Assembly (NCBI GenBank): GCA_964454895.1
Contig: CAYVTW010000010.1
Coordinates: forward strand, 9,934 to 73,933
Length of the DNA: 64,000 nucleotides
Source: an uncultured Ignavibacterium sp.
GTDB lineage: Bacteria; Bacteroidota; Ignavibacteria; Ch128b
Direction of reading: 5' to 3'
Each line of letters starts with the position of its first letter. Positions within the stretch are counted from its first letter, which is position 1. The notes under the pieces were generated by a model that worked only from the letters and a program-made list of their open reading frames with translations, did no database searches and was not told where the DNA came from. This document shows positions 29,319-39,865 of this stretch, in pieces. The position numbers were made by a program, and so were the translations under genes.

Positions 29319-31202
29319 ATGAAAAATTTCTTCTCTCATTTCAACAAACCTGAAAAAAGAAATCCGTGGTTGTGGGTTCCATCTCTTTATTTTGCTGAAG
29401 GAATTCCATACATCGTGGTGATGACAGTTTCTGTTATAATGTATAAAAGGATGGGAATTTCAAACACAGATATTGCTCTTTACACAAGTTGGCTCTATCT
29501 ACCATGGGTAATAAAACCTCTTTGGAGTCCAATTGTTGATTTATTTAAGACAAAAAGATTTTGGATTACAATAATGCAATTTATTATTGCAGTTGGTCTA
29601 GGAGGTGTAGCTTTAACAATTCCTCTGCCTGATTTTTTTAGATACACTCTCTTATTTTTCTGGCTATTGGCATTCAGTTCTGCCACTCACGATATCGCTG
29701 CTGATGGTTTTTACATGCTTGGACTTTCACAACACGATCAAGCTTTTTTTGTTGGTATAAGGAGTACATTTTATCGACTTGCAATGATAACGGGTCAAGG
29801 TTTACTTGTAATTCTCGCAGGTTATGTTGAAAGCACAACTGGCTTGGAACCTGTTGAAATCAAAGTATTCGCAAAGCCAAATTATGTTAATGAAATTATT
29901 TTACCTGATACAAGCTTTCATACTTTAGACGATAAAAAAATTTCAATTAAATCTTCTTCAAACGAAATTTTAATTGGAACAATACGAAAAACAAAAACCG
30001 AAATTGACTCTATTCTCAGATCTGTGAAAGAATGGAATTTAAAGAATGGTTTCTATGCAGAAGAAAAATTGAATCAAGCTTCATTAGTTCATCAAGAAGA
30101 ACCTTCATGGTGGAGCAAAGTTGTTGCTCAACCTTTAGAAAAATTTTTGCGAGAGAATTTTGGTGAAAAAAAAGTTGAGATTAAGAAATCAGATTTTGCA
30201 GGAAATATTGGAATTATACATTTCCATTTAACTCAAAAGCCCAATAAAGAATATATTATACATTTTGGAAGAGAAAAAGGTGATAATAGTATTAATTTGA
30301 TTGAAGGGACAAGGTTTGTTTTTAACCAACATAACTGGAATAAACCTGCCATAGCTATAATTCAATTGGATCCCAAATTAAATTATGAAACGAGTGCTGT
30401 TTTTCAAGTTCGCTCTGGCGATATTCCTTTCGCATGGAAAGTAACTTTCTTGTTTCTTGCTGGTTTATTCATATTATTCTTCGTTTATCATTTCTTCATC
30501 CTTCCTTATCCAAAAACAGATAAACCTGTGATTTCAGAAGGATCGAAAAATATCATTTCAGAATTTTTCAGAACATTTGTTTTATTCTTTAAAAAAGATG
30601 GAATTATTGCAGCACTTGGATTTTTACTTTTCTATAGATTTGCCGAAGCACAATTAGTTAAACTTGCATCTCCATTCTTACTCGATGTTAGAGAAGCTGG
30701 TGGCCTTGCACTTACAACAGGACAAGTAGGTTTTGTTTATGGTACTGTTGGTATCATCGCTCTAACTCTTGGTGGATTACTCGGAGGATTTGTCGCTGCA
30801 AAAAAAGGATTGAAATTCTGGTTATGGTGGATGGTCATTTCAATTAACCTTCCTGACTTGGTTTATGTATATTTATCACAAGCTTTACCAGACAACTTTT
30901 GGATTATTAATGCTTGTGTTGCAATTGAGCAATTTGGTTACGGTTTTGGATTTACTGCATATATGTTATTTATGATTTACATATCTGAAGGCGAACACAA
31001 AACTGCTCATTTTGCTATTACAACTGGATTGATGGCCTTAGGTATGATGATACCAGGAATGTTCAGTGGTTGGTTACAAGAAATTATAGGATATAAAAAC
31101 TTTTTTATCTGGGTCTGTATTGCAACTATACCCTCTTTCCTTGCTGTGAAATTCATAAAAGTTGATCCTGAATTTGGAATTAAGAAAGAAAAAGCTAATT
31201 AA
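29319..31202 (+). CDS. AmpG-like MFS muropeptide permease with ~200-aa hydrophilic insertion between the two 6-TM halves
   Basis: N-terminal ...WLYLPWVIKPLWSPIVD...RFW... matches AmpG/PAT-family signatures. 627 aa against about 420-490 for typical AmpG. Residues ~178-375 are non-hydrophobic. Confidence 0.6.
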   Translation: MKNFFSHFNKPEKRNPWLWVPSLYFAEGIPYIVVMTVSVIMYKRMGISNTDIALYTSWLYLPWVIKPLWSPIVDLFKTKRFWITIMQFIIAVGLGGVALTIPLPDFFRYTLLFFWLLAFSSATHDIAADGFYMLGLSQHDQAFFVGIRSTFYRLAMITGQGLLVILAGYVESTTGLEPVEIKVFAKPNYVNEIILPDTSFHTLDDKKISIKSSSNEILIGTIRKTKTEIDSILRSVKEWNLKNGFYAEEKLNQASLVHQEEPSWWSKVVAQPLEKFLRENFGEKKVEIKKSDFAGNIGIIHFHLTQKPNKEYIIHFGREKGDNSINLIEGTRFVFNQHNWNKPAIAIIQLDPKLNYETSAVFQVRSGDIPFAWKVTFLFLAGLFILFFVYHFFILPYPKTDKPVISEGSKNIISEFFRTFVLFFKKDGIIAALGFLLFYRFAEAQLVKLASPFLLDVREAGGLALTTGQVGFVYGTVGIIALTLGGLLGGFVAAKKGLKFWLWWMVISINLPDLVYVYLSQALPDNFWIINACVAIEQFGYGFGFTAYMLFMIYISEGEHKTAHFAITTGLMALGMMIPGMFSGWLQEIIGYKNFFIWVCIATIPSFLAVKFIKVDPEFGIKKEKAN

Positions 31203-31526
31203 ATCGAAATATTTATCCTTTTATTTTTGCTCATATTTCGTTCTTTGAGAGAAACTTTATCGGAGAAAAAGGAAGAAAAATACCTTTAGGCTCTGATTGG
31301 AATAATAAATATAAATAGTAATAAATCTTTGTTGTGGTGTTAGTTTCCGTTAATCAATTCATTATTTTTATTGAGGAAGAAATATTTGTCTTAGATAATA
31401 ATCCTTTAATCAAACAACTAAAACGAAGATTTCAAAATGAATTATAGATTTAGAATTAAATCAAGTTTTGCTTCTAAATTTATTGTATAACAGAAAAGTT
31501 CGTTGTTTTTACAATTATAAAAATTA

Positions 31527-31568
31527 AAAGGTCATCTTAACAATTAAAGCTAAGATGACCTTTTTTTG
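31527..31568. terminator. Rho-independent terminator (usable from both strands) in the 385-bp gap between the AmpG-like gene and the metzincin gene
   Basis: aaAGGTCATCTTAacaattaaagcTAAGATGACCTttttttt: 11-bp perfect stem plus T7 run. Confidence 0.7.
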
Positions 31569-31588
31569 TGACGGGGGACGATTCTACA

Positions 31589-33805
31589 TCACTTGAGCAA
31601 TATCATCTTTCGAGTTTGAATGAACTCTCTACCTGTCTTTAAATTTTTGGCTGAAAGTCTGTAGAAATAGACGCCTGAACTAATCCTTTTACCATTCATA
31701 TCAGTACCATTCCATTCAACATTGTGGTAACCGGCATCCTTTTGTTCGTTTACTAATCTCTTAACTAATTTACCATTTGTATTAAAAATCGAAATTTCTA
31801 CAAATGATCTTTCAGGTAAGTCGTAACTAATTTTTGTAACTGGGTTAAATGGATTAGGATAGTTTTGATGGAGTTCATACCTCAATGGTAGTGATGTTGT
31901 CGAGTAATAATCGTATACAGATGTAATAAAGTTTGTATCAGCGCAGTATTCAAAAGTTCTTCTAAGTACAGTATCAAGGTTAGCGCTTGCCAACTGGTCA
32001 AGTGAGATAGTATAGAAAACACTCTTCCATTTCTTTACTGCATTTTCACCTCTAACAGCAGCTATTCTAATAGTATCAGCTGTACCAGTTCCATGATGGA
32101 ATGAACGGAAATAACCAGTTCCAAAAGCATCAGTTGTGAGTCTTACATAATCTTTACCAGTTCCTAATAATCCTAAATTCAGTCCATTTCCAATGTAATC
32201 GTTCGGGAAACCTTTCAATCCATTCGCTGAAGTGTTAGAAACAAATCTAACTCCAAAATACTTTGATAGAAGGACATCGCCTGTGTCAGAGTATTGAGCG
32301 ATATTATTTCCAGCAAGGATAACTCTATTGCCAGCCTCAAATTGATTAATTAAAATTTGTCTTTCTTCAACTGATAGATTGGAAGAAGTGGGTCCGCCAG
32401 CAATCCAAAAGACTGTAGTTGATTGCGGGAATTTATTAAAGATTTGTTGCTGTGGATAAGAACCTTTTTGATTAATATCCCAATATGCATAAGCTAGTTT
32501 TAATCTTTCCAATGATGATAAATATTTTGCTTTTACTGTAGCTGATGTATCATTTGCAACAAAGAAAACTTTTGAAGGTCTAACAGAAATATTTAATGTC
32601 CTATTGTTAATTCCTAAATAAACACTATCGATAACTAAATATCTTGGGTAAGGTGGGTCAAAATAGAATGTAAGTTCGTACCATTCCTCTGCAGGTAAAT
32701 TGATTTGATATTGACCATTTGAATGAGAGTTAAATTCACCCACAAGCACATTATAATTAATTGCAGAGACAGAAATTCTTGCTGGGATACCCTCGTTTGT
32801 AAATTCATCAGCAATTTGACCACTCAAAGTAACCCTGAATTTAGGTTGCAATGCAACATCAAAAGTTATAGTCTGGGTTTGACCAATTCCACCAGGGGGA
32901 TTAAAATTAATTTGAGTTGAATCAGGATAATAACCAAATTTTTCTACACTGACTTTAAATGATTGATCTCTCACAGCAGTACGATAATTACCTGTTGTAT
33001 CGATAGTGATCGTATTAACAGCAACACCTGGCTTTCCATATCTACCAGTAAAAGTTTGTTCAACAGCTCCAATTGTTGTAGCAAATGTACCATCAAAAAT
33101 TAGATTAGCACCTGCAAGAGCTAAATTGTTTGATGCATCTACTACTCTGCCTTGCAAAACCCAAACAGGATATAATGATATCGCACCCATTACATCATCA
33201 AGGTGTAAATAACGGCGAGTAGTATCTCCCCTTGAAACTGCATACCACATTACTGCACGAGGATTGAGTGGACCACAACCATTCGAACCAGCAGAAGGTG
33301 ATGGCGGTTGACCTGCATGATTCAGTCCAATATGATGTCCTAATTCATGAGTTATAACGGTCAATAAATCCATTTTATTTGGATCGCCATTGGTGGCCGG
33401 AGGAAAATCTCGTCCATTCCAAATTAAATCTGAACCAACGGCTTGATAACCACCAACTGTAGTTGTAAAAGTTGACGAGAAAGCAATAACATTTGGATCA
33501 GAGAAATTTACTCCTTGCATATCAAAGTAAACTATATTCACTCCATCATTGGCAACAGCAGAAACACTTGTATTTGGCCCTCTCTGAAAAACAAAATAAC
33601 AACCCGGTATATCTGTCCATTGATTTGCTCCAGCTTCGATTGTTGGAATGAATTCTTCCGGAGTAGATGTGTGTAATTGATAGATGAAAGGCAATCTACT
33701 TGGGAAATAAATTCTATATTCACCGTTTTGATTTGTGATCAAACAAAATCCCAAAAATGCAAAAAGACTTAAAGCAAGTACTAATGAAATAAAATATCTT
33801 TTCAT
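31589..33805 (-). CDS. Secreted metzincin-type zinc metalloprotease with T9SS C-terminal sorting domain
   Basis: ...TVITHELGHHIGLNHAG... = HExxHxxGxxH, followed by a Met-turn candidate (…AVMWY…). C-terminus ...LHQNYPNPFNPVTKISYDLPERSFVEISIFNTNGKLV...GVYFYRL = T9SS CTD. Signal peptide. Confidence 0.75.
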   Translation of the reverse strand: MKRYFISLVLALSLFAFLGFCLITNQNGEYRIYFPSRLPFIYQLHTSTPEEFIPTIEAGANQWTDIPGCYFVFQRGPNTSVSAVANDGVNIVYFDMQGVNFSDPNVIAFSSTFTTTVGGYQAVGSDLIWNGRDFPPATNGDPNKMDLLTVITHELGHHIGLNHAGQPPSPSAGSNGCGPLNPRAVMWYAVSRGDTTRRYLHLDDVMGAISLYPVWVLQGRVVDASNNLALAGANLIFDGTFATTIGAVEQTFTGRYGKPGVAVNTITIDTTGNYRTAVRDQSFKVSVEKFGYYPDSTQINFNPPGGIGQTQTITFDVALQPKFRVTLSGQIADEFTNEGIPARISVSAINYNVLVGEFNSHSNGQYQINLPAEEWYELTFYFDPPYPRYLVIDSVYLGINNRTLNISVRPSKVFFVANDTSATVKAKYLSSLERLKLAYAYWDINQKGSYPQQQIFNKFPQSTTVFWIAGGPTSSNLSVEERQILINQFEAGNRVILAGNNIAQYSDTGDVLLSKYFGVRFVSNTSANGLKGFPNDYIGNGLNLGLLGTGKDYVRLTTDAFGTGYFRSFHHGTGTADTIRIAAVRGENAVKKWKSVFYTISLDQLASANLDTVLRRTFEYCADTNFITSVYDYYSTTSLPLRYELHQNYPNPFNPVTKISYDLPERSFVEISIFNTNGKLVKRLVNEQKDAGYHNVEWNGTDMNGKRISSGVYFYRLSAKNLKTGREFIQTRKMILLK

Positions 33806-33814
33806 ATTGCCCTC

Positions 33815-34363
33815 CTAATTCTTCGCATAGTTTTTAATTTGTTGGATGAATGCGTTAAGCTCGAATCTATTTTCAAGCTTAGAAACATCACTAATCAATT
33901 TCTTTGTAGAAGGGTCAACCAAGTTCACATTATTCAAGCTGTTAACTGCAAAGACTCTACCATTTTCTTCGTAGACCTGAAAATATCCTAAAACAATTGA
34001 ATGTATCCAGTAAGCTCCCTTCCAATCTCTCAAGAAGAGAACTACATCTTTGCCAATTTCAAGTTTTGGCGTTCCATCTACAGCTTGAGATATATATCCA
34101 ACAGTACCGCCCATCTGCTTTACAACAATTTTTTGGGAAGAATATTGCCCTTTGATTAACTCTTTAATCTCAATAGTTGTATAAGTAAAAATTGATTTAT
34201 CTTCCCAAACCGAATATTTTGATAGAACTTTACCATAAATGATGATTTGAGACTCTTTGGTCATCCTATCAAGACTTATATACTCAACCGTGAGTGCAAA
34301 TAACGGTTGGATAAAAAGTCCTATTATTAAGGATAGTGTAATGAGCTTCATTTTTTTTCTCAT
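33815..34363 (-). CDS. Hypothetical secreted protein
   Basis: Signal peptide. 10-bp gap upstream of the metzincin gene on the same strand (likely co-transcribed). No motif recognised. Confidence 0.4.
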   Translation of the reverse strand: MRKKMKLITLSLIIGLFIQPLFALTVEYISLDRMTKESQIIIYGKVLSKYSVWEDKSIFTYTTIEIKELIKGQYSSQKIVVKQMGGTVGYISQAVDGTPKLEIGKDVVLFLRDWKGAYWIHSIVLGYFQVYEENGRVFAVNSLNNVNLVDPSTKKLISDVSKLENRFELNAFIQQIKNYAKN

Positions 34364-34524
34364 ATTAGCACCTATTATTAGTTAAAGTTAATTCACAAAA
34401 TTTATTACTCATTATAATTAAACAAATAGAAAAAGTCTATTGTCTAAAATCTTGTGAATAGTGTTAGTTTTTCCATAAAACATAATTTATTGAATAAAAA
34501 TTTTATTCAACGGATATACTAATT

Positions 34525-35298
34525 TTGAAAAAAAGAGATTTAAAAATGTTGTCAAGGTTAATTCTCTCACTTAGCACCTCTCTTCTACTTTTTCGTGCTA
34601 TACTATTTTCTCAATCAGCAATTGAAATAGTCAAGAAAGCTCAAGATTTATTATATGCAAAAAGTAGCTATACTGAAATGACGATGACAATCGTAAAACC
34701 AAACTGGAAAAGAAATTTAGGGATGAAAATCTGGGCGCTCGAACCTGACTATGCGATGATTTATATTACAGAACCAGCAAGAGATAGAGGAACTGTCACA
34801 CTCAAGAGAAAAAATGAAATCTGGAATTATCTCCCAAACGTTCAGAAAACGATCAAAATTCCACCTTCGATGATGAATCAATCGTGGATGGGATCAGATT
34901 TTACAAATGATGATTTGATTCGTTCATCTTCCTATGAAGATGATTACAATCATAAACTCTCAGGTGAAGATAAACTTTTCGGTTATGACTGTTATAAAAT
35001 TGAATCAACGCCAAAACCAAATGCTGGTATTGTTTGGAGTAAGGTTATCTCATACATAACCAAGAATTCATTTATGCAATTGAAATCAGAATTTTACGAT
35101 GAAGATGGAAAATTAATTAGACTTTTTACTGGTAGTGAAATTAAAAATCTTGGTGGTAAAACAATTCCAACTAAATGGGAAATGATTCCACTTGATAAGG
35201 AAGGAAACAAAACAATTCTAGAATACAAAGTAATTGAATGGAATATTAGATTAGATGAATCATTTTTCTCTCAGCAAAATATGAGAAAATTGAAATGA
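34525..35298 (+). CDS. Outer-membrane lipoprotein-sorting (LolA-like) periplasmic protein
   Basis: Signal peptide. Length and gene context (precedes paired FtsX permeases + ABC ATPase) match the LolA-like outer membrane lipoprotein-sorting protein family. Confidence 0.6.
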   Translation: MKKRDLKMLSRLILSLSTSLLLFRAILFSQSAIEIVKKAQDLLYAKSSYTEMTMTIVKPNWKRNLGMKIWALEPDYAMIYITEPARDRGTVTLKRKNEIWNYLPNVQKTIKIPPSMMNQSWMGSDFTNDDLIRSSSYEDDYNHKLSGEDKLFGYDCYKIESTPKPNAGIVWSKVISYITKNSFMQLKSEFYDEDGKLIRLFTGSEIKNLGGKTIPTKWEMIPLDKEGNKTILEYKVIEWNIRLDESFFSQQNMRKLK

Positions 35299-36515
35299 AA
35301 CTTTATCTCGTCCTTGCATGGCGAAATATTTGGAGAAATAAACGAAGAACAATTTTGGCTGCTTCATCTATCTTTTTTGCAATTGTTTTAGCAATTTTTA
35401 CGAGAGCCATGCAACACGGCTCTTACGATTACATGATTGATAGCGCGGTTCGAATGCATACTGGTTATCTCCAGATTCATGGGAAAGGTTATTGGGATGA
35501 AAGATCGCTAGAAAAAGTAATTGATTTCGATCCCGATCTAATCAGAAAGATTGAAGAAATTAATTTTGTCGAGATTGCTGTTCCAAGACTTGAAAATTAT
35601 TTACTTATCAGTTCAAATGAAATCACAAAAGTTACAACAGTTATTTGCATAGATCCTGATAAAGAAAATAGAATGACAAAACTTCAACAAAAATTAATTA
35701 GTGGTAGATACATTAATGATAATGATACAGGAATTTTAATATCAGAAGGGCTTGCTCGAATGCTTGATGTTAATGTAGGCGATACAGTTGTTCTCTATGG
35801 ACAAGGAATCTATGGAATTACTTTAGCTACTCTTTGCCCAATTATAGGTATTATAAAATTTGCTCTACCAGATTTGAATAACTCTTTCACTTATATACCA
35901 TTACAATTTGGTCAAAACCTGTTCTCAATAGAAAACAGTATAACTACAATTTCAATTTTGGTTAATAATCCAAAAAAACTTGATTATGTTTATAACGAAG
36001 TAAAAAAAGTGATCAACGAAAATTATGAAGTCATGAGATGGGAAGAGATGATGCCCGAACTTGTTCAGGGAATTCAATTAGATAGTGTTGGTGGATTGAT
36101 TATGCTTTTCATTCTTTATTTGGTAATTGCTTTTGGAATCTTTGGTACAGTTATGATGATGACTGCAGAAAGAACTAAAGAATTTGGAATTCTACTTTCA
36201 ATAGGTGTGAAAAAGTCAAAATTAATGTTAATTACAACAATTGAAGCAATCTTAATATCAGCACTCGGTGGTCTTTCAGGAATTGTAGTCTCTCTACCAA
36301 TAGTAAGTTATTTCAAACAAAATCCGATTAGGTTTACTGGAGAAATAGCTGAGATAAGTTTGAAATTTGGTGTTGAACCAATCATTCCATTAAGCACCGA
36401 TGCTGGAATTTTTATCGCTCAAACATCTATAGTCTTGTTAATCGCATTAATGAGCTCACTCTATCCGATCAATTACATAAGAAATTTAAAACCAATTGAA
36501 GCAATCAGAATTTAA
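35295..36515 (+). CDS. ABC transporter permease, FtsX/MacB-like (4 TM, large periplasmic domain)
   Basis: N-terminal TM, ~230-aa periplasmic domain, then three C-terminal TM with FtsX motif region (…TAERTKEFGILLSIGV…). Confidence 0.8.
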   Translation: MKLYLVLAWRNIWRNKRRTILAASSIFFAIVLAIFTRAMQHGSYDYMIDSAVRMHTGYLQIHGKGYWDERSLEKVIDFDPDLIRKIEEINFVEIAVPRLENYLLISSNEITKVTTVICIDPDKENRMTKLQQKLISGRYINDNDTGILISEGLARMLDVNVGDTVVLYGQGIYGITLATLCPIIGIIKFALPDLNNSFTYIPLQFGQNLFSIENSITTISILVNNPKKLDYVYNEVKKVINENYEVMRWEEMMPELVQGIQLDSVGGLIMLFILYLVIAFGIFGTVMMMTAERTKEFGILLSIGVKKSKLMLITTIEAILISALGGLSGIVVSLPIVSYFKQNPIRFTGEIAEISLKFGVEPIIPLSTDAGIFIAQTSIVLLIALMSSLYPINYIRNLKPIEAIRI

Positions 36516-36517
36516 TT

Positions 36518-37732
36518 ATGCTTATTTCACTTGCATGGAAAAATATATGGCGAAATAAGAAAAGAAGTTTAATAATTATTCTCGCTGCTTTTTTTGGGAT
36601 CTGGGGTGGAATTCTTACTAATGGAATTTTTGTAGGGATGTGGGAAACAACTATAGAATCTGCAATCAATAGAGAATATTCCCACATTCAGATACATCAC
36701 CCAAACTTTAGAGATGAAAAATTAATCACTCAATTTATTGATAACATTAATTCAGTTGAGAAAATTCTTAAGAATAACCAAAACATTAAAAGTTATTCAA
36801 AAAGAACTATCTTAGAAGGGATGGCATCATCTCCGACTTCGGTAAGTGGAGTTAAAATTGTTGCGGTGAATCCTGTAGAGGAAAAATTTCTCACTTCGAT
36901 CCATCAAAAAATAATCAACGGTGTCTATTTTTCTGATAAAGATTTTGAAATTTTAGTTGGAGAAAGATTAGCAAGTAAATTAAAACTCAAACTTAACTCA
37001 AAAGTTGTTCTGTCTTTTCAAGGAATTGATAACAATTTTGTCGCTTCTGCTTTTAGAGTAGCAGGAATTTTTAAAACAGAATCAAAAATTTTTGATGAGA
37101 CTCAAGTTTTCATCAAACAAATTGATCTTTCTTCCATTTTAGGGACTGATTCTCCAATTCATGAAATCGCTATTCGTGTAAATTCATCAGAACTAATCGA
37201 TACAACAACAAGCACTTTAAAGTTAAAATTCAAAAACTTAAAAGTTGAAAGTTGGAAAGAACTCGCACCCGAATTAAGCCTTACATCAGGATATCTTTAT
37301 CTTCAATTAAATATATTCATGGGAATAATTTTATTTGCTCTACTGTTTGGAATTACAAATACAATGATGATGTCTGTCTTCGAAAGAATTCGCGAATTTG
37401 GTGTTTTAATTGCAATTGGAATGAGACGGGTGAGATTATTTTTACTAATCATCTTTGAATCTACAATTTTACTCTTCAGTGGTGGTCTTTGTGGAACTCT
37501 ATTTGGGTTTTTAACAATTGAAATTTTATCTAAGAAAGGTATCGACCTTTCGATAGTGGAAGCTGGTATGGCAGCTTATGGAATGGCTGCAATTCTTTAC
37601 CCATCTTTACCTTTTCATATGTATATAACTTTATTTTTAATGATGATAGCTACAGCTATAGCTGCGGCTATATCTCCAGCGATAAAAGCTATTCGACTAA
37701 AACCTGCTGAAGCAATCCGAGCATACATGTAA
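36518..37732 (+). CDS. ABC transporter permease, FtsX/MacB-like (second paralog)
   Basis: Same architecture (…FERIREFGVLIAIGM…). Start 3 nt after the upstream stop. Confidence 0.8.
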   Translation: MLISLAWKNIWRNKKRSLIIILAAFFGIWGGILTNGIFVGMWETTIESAINREYSHIQIHHPNFRDEKLITQFIDNINSVEKILKNNQNIKSYSKRTILEGMASSPTSVSGVKIVAVNPVEEKFLTSIHQKIINGVYFSDKDFEILVGERLASKLKLKLNSKVVLSFQGIDNNFVASAFRVAGIFKTESKIFDETQVFIKQIDLSSILGTDSPIHEIAIRVNSSELIDTTTSTLKLKFKNLKVESWKELAPELSLTSGYLYLQLNIFMGIILFALLFGITNTMMMSVFERIREFGVLIAIGMRRVRLFLLIIFESTILLFSGGLCGTLFGFLTIEILSKKGIDLSIVEAGMAAYGMAAILYPSLPFHMYITLFLMMIATAIAAAISPAIKAIRLKPAEAIRAYM

Positions 37733-37735
37733 GTT

Positions 37736-38434
37736 TTGGAGAAAAATATGCCTCTAATAGAAATTATAAATCTGAATAAAATTTACGATAAAACTAAAAT
37801 TCCTGTTCACGCACTAAAGGACATCAATCTTAAAATAGAGGAAAGCGAATTCACAGCAATTGTTGGTCCTTCCGGTTCAGGAAAAACGACTTTGTTGAAT
37901 ATGATTGGTGGTCTCGACTCACCTAGCGAAGGTAAAGTCTTAATTAACGGAATTGATATCTCAAAAATGAAACCTGATGAATTAATCGATTTCCGATTAA
38001 GGAACATTGGATTTGTTTTTCAATCGTTCAATTTGATTCCAGTTCTTACGGCAAAGGAAAATGTTGAATTCATAATGCTTCTTCAAAAAATTTCTAAAGA
38101 AGAAAGAGAGAGAAGAACAATCGAATTGCTTAACGCAGTTGGCCTCGCAGATAAAATCAATTCAAGGCCCTATGAACTTTCCGGCGGACAACAACAAAGA
38201 GTCGCGGTTGCACGAGCTATTGCCTCACATCCATCATTTATTCTTGCAGATGAACCCACAGCAAATTTAGACTCAACTGCTGCTGAAAGCTTACTTGATA
38301 TTATGGAAGATCTAAATAATAAAATAGGGATTACATTTATCTTTGCAACTCACGATAACAAAGTAATTCGCCGTGCGAGGAGAGTTATTACACTTGAAGA
38401 TGGGAAAATTAAATCTGATGTTATTCAAAATTAA
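37736..38434 (+). CDS. ABC transporter ATP-binding protein (LolD/MacB-type)
   Basis: Walker A GPSGSGKTT, signature LSGGQQQRVAVARA, Walker B FILADEPT, H-loop. Confidence 0.9.
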   Translation: MEKNMPLIEIINLNKIYDKTKIPVHALKDINLKIEESEFTAIVGPSGSGKTTLLNMIGGLDSPSEGKVLINGIDISKMKPDELIDFRLRNIGFVFQSFNLIPVLTAKENVEFIMLLQKISKEERERRTIELLNAVGLADKINSRPYELSGGQQQRVAVARAIASHPSFILADEPTANLDSTAAESLLDIMEDLNNKIGITFIFATHDNKVIRRARRVITLEDGKIKSDVIQN

Positions 38435-39587
38435 AGTTGCATTATTGTTACTCTTCATTTTCTGCTCTCAAATCTTTTCACAAGAATTACAGTTCGGTGG
38501 CTATACAAAATATCTTTTCAGCACATATAAAACTCAAAACCTTCCTGAATACTTTACAGATCACACACTTCACTCAAGATTTAATCTAAAATTTTTTCTT
38601 AATGATAATCTCACATTCACCTCAGCATTTCGCAATCGAATTATTTTTGGTGAATCAATTGAAAAGATCAAAAACTTTTCCGCCGAAATTTCAAAAGACG
38701 AATATTTGATGGGTTTGAATACTTTCTTATGGAATAAAAAGAAATCCATTAACTTCATCGAAATTGATCGTCTCTATTTCGATTTTTTCTTAAATAAAAT
38801 TCAACTATCCATTGGAAGGCAACGTATTGCATGGGGAACAAGTTGGGTGTGGAATATCACTGACTTGTTTAATCCTCTTTCTATTCTAGATTTTGATTAT
38901 GAGGAAAGACCTGCAAGCGACGCTATTAGATTTCAATTTTATCCTTCCACAATTTCAAGGATTGACTTTGCAACAAGATTTGGCAGAGAAAAAAAAGATT
39001 TTTCATCAGCAATACAATATTATTACAATATCTGGGAGTATGATTTAAATTTTTTATTTGGATATCATAGACTTAGACCTGTAATAGGATTTTCGTGGGC
39101 AGGAGACATTTTAGATGCTGGTTTTCGTGGTGAAGTATTAATCACATCACCTCCAACAAAGATGAATCTAATTACAACAAACTCTTATAAAAATGAAAAG
39201 AAGACGCAAATCGGTTTTGTTTTATCTTTAGATTACACTTTTGAAAATTCTTTCTACATTCACTCAGAAATTCTGCATAATAATATTGGTAAATCTGAAA
39301 ATATTAACTTATTTACTAAAGACGCTACAGAAATTGGAATGCTTTCGGCATCAAAATGGAATTTATTCTATCAACTCGGATACAATACTTCCCCTCTCTC
39401 ACGATTTGATATCATAATCCTTCACAATCCTCTCGACCACTCTTTTGTCATTCTCCCAACCTTTAATTATTCAGTTATTGAAAATCTCGATTTATCTTTA
39501 GTCTCTCTCTTCTTTGAAGGCAACGATTTTGATGAATATAGCCCAACAGGAAAAATGTTCTTTATTCGACTCAAATATTCCTTTTAG
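38418..39587 (+). CDS. Putative outer-membrane beta-barrel protein, terminal gene of the exporter operon
   Basis: I prefer the ATG at 38418 (MLFKIKVALLLLFIFCSQIFSQ signal), which overlaps the ABC gene stop by 17 nt. Beta-rich; ends ...IRLKYSF (C-terminal aromatic typical of OMPs). Confidence 0.45.
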   Translation: MLFKIKVALLLLFIFCSQIFSQELQFGGYTKYLFSTYKTQNLPEYFTDHTLHSRFNLKFFLNDNLTFTSAFRNRIIFGESIEKIKNFSAEISKDEYLMGLNTFLWNKKKSINFIEIDRLYFDFFLNKIQLSIGRQRIAWGTSWVWNITDLFNPLSILDFDYEERPASDAIRFQFYPSTISRIDFATRFGREKKDFSSAIQYYYNIWEYDLNFLFGYHRLRPVIGFSWAGDILDAGFRGEVLITSPPTKMNLITTNSYKNEKKTQIGFVLSLDYTFENSFYIHSEILHNNIGKSENINLFTKDATEIGMLSASKWNLFYQLGYNTSPLSRFDIIILHNPLDHSFVILPTFNYSVIENLDLSLVSLFFEGNDFDEYSPTGKMFFIRLKYSF

Positions 39588-39865
39588 TAAATTTTTATTT
39601 CAGTGTTGAATAAGAACAGAACGAACATCTCGATAATTTTTTCAATAGGATTATGATGAAATGAATTCTTTTAATTCAGTGGAGATTTGGTTTTTGAGCC
39701 TTGTAGGAACATTGTATTTGATTTTCTAAAAACAAAAGACTTATGAAAAGTCGAAACGTGTCCGTCGAACTTATTCAAAAATCAAAGTCTAAAAATCAAC
39801 TCAAAAAATAATCCATCATAAATTTTAGACTTATATTAATTCATCTATAATAGTAGCTTTGAATT

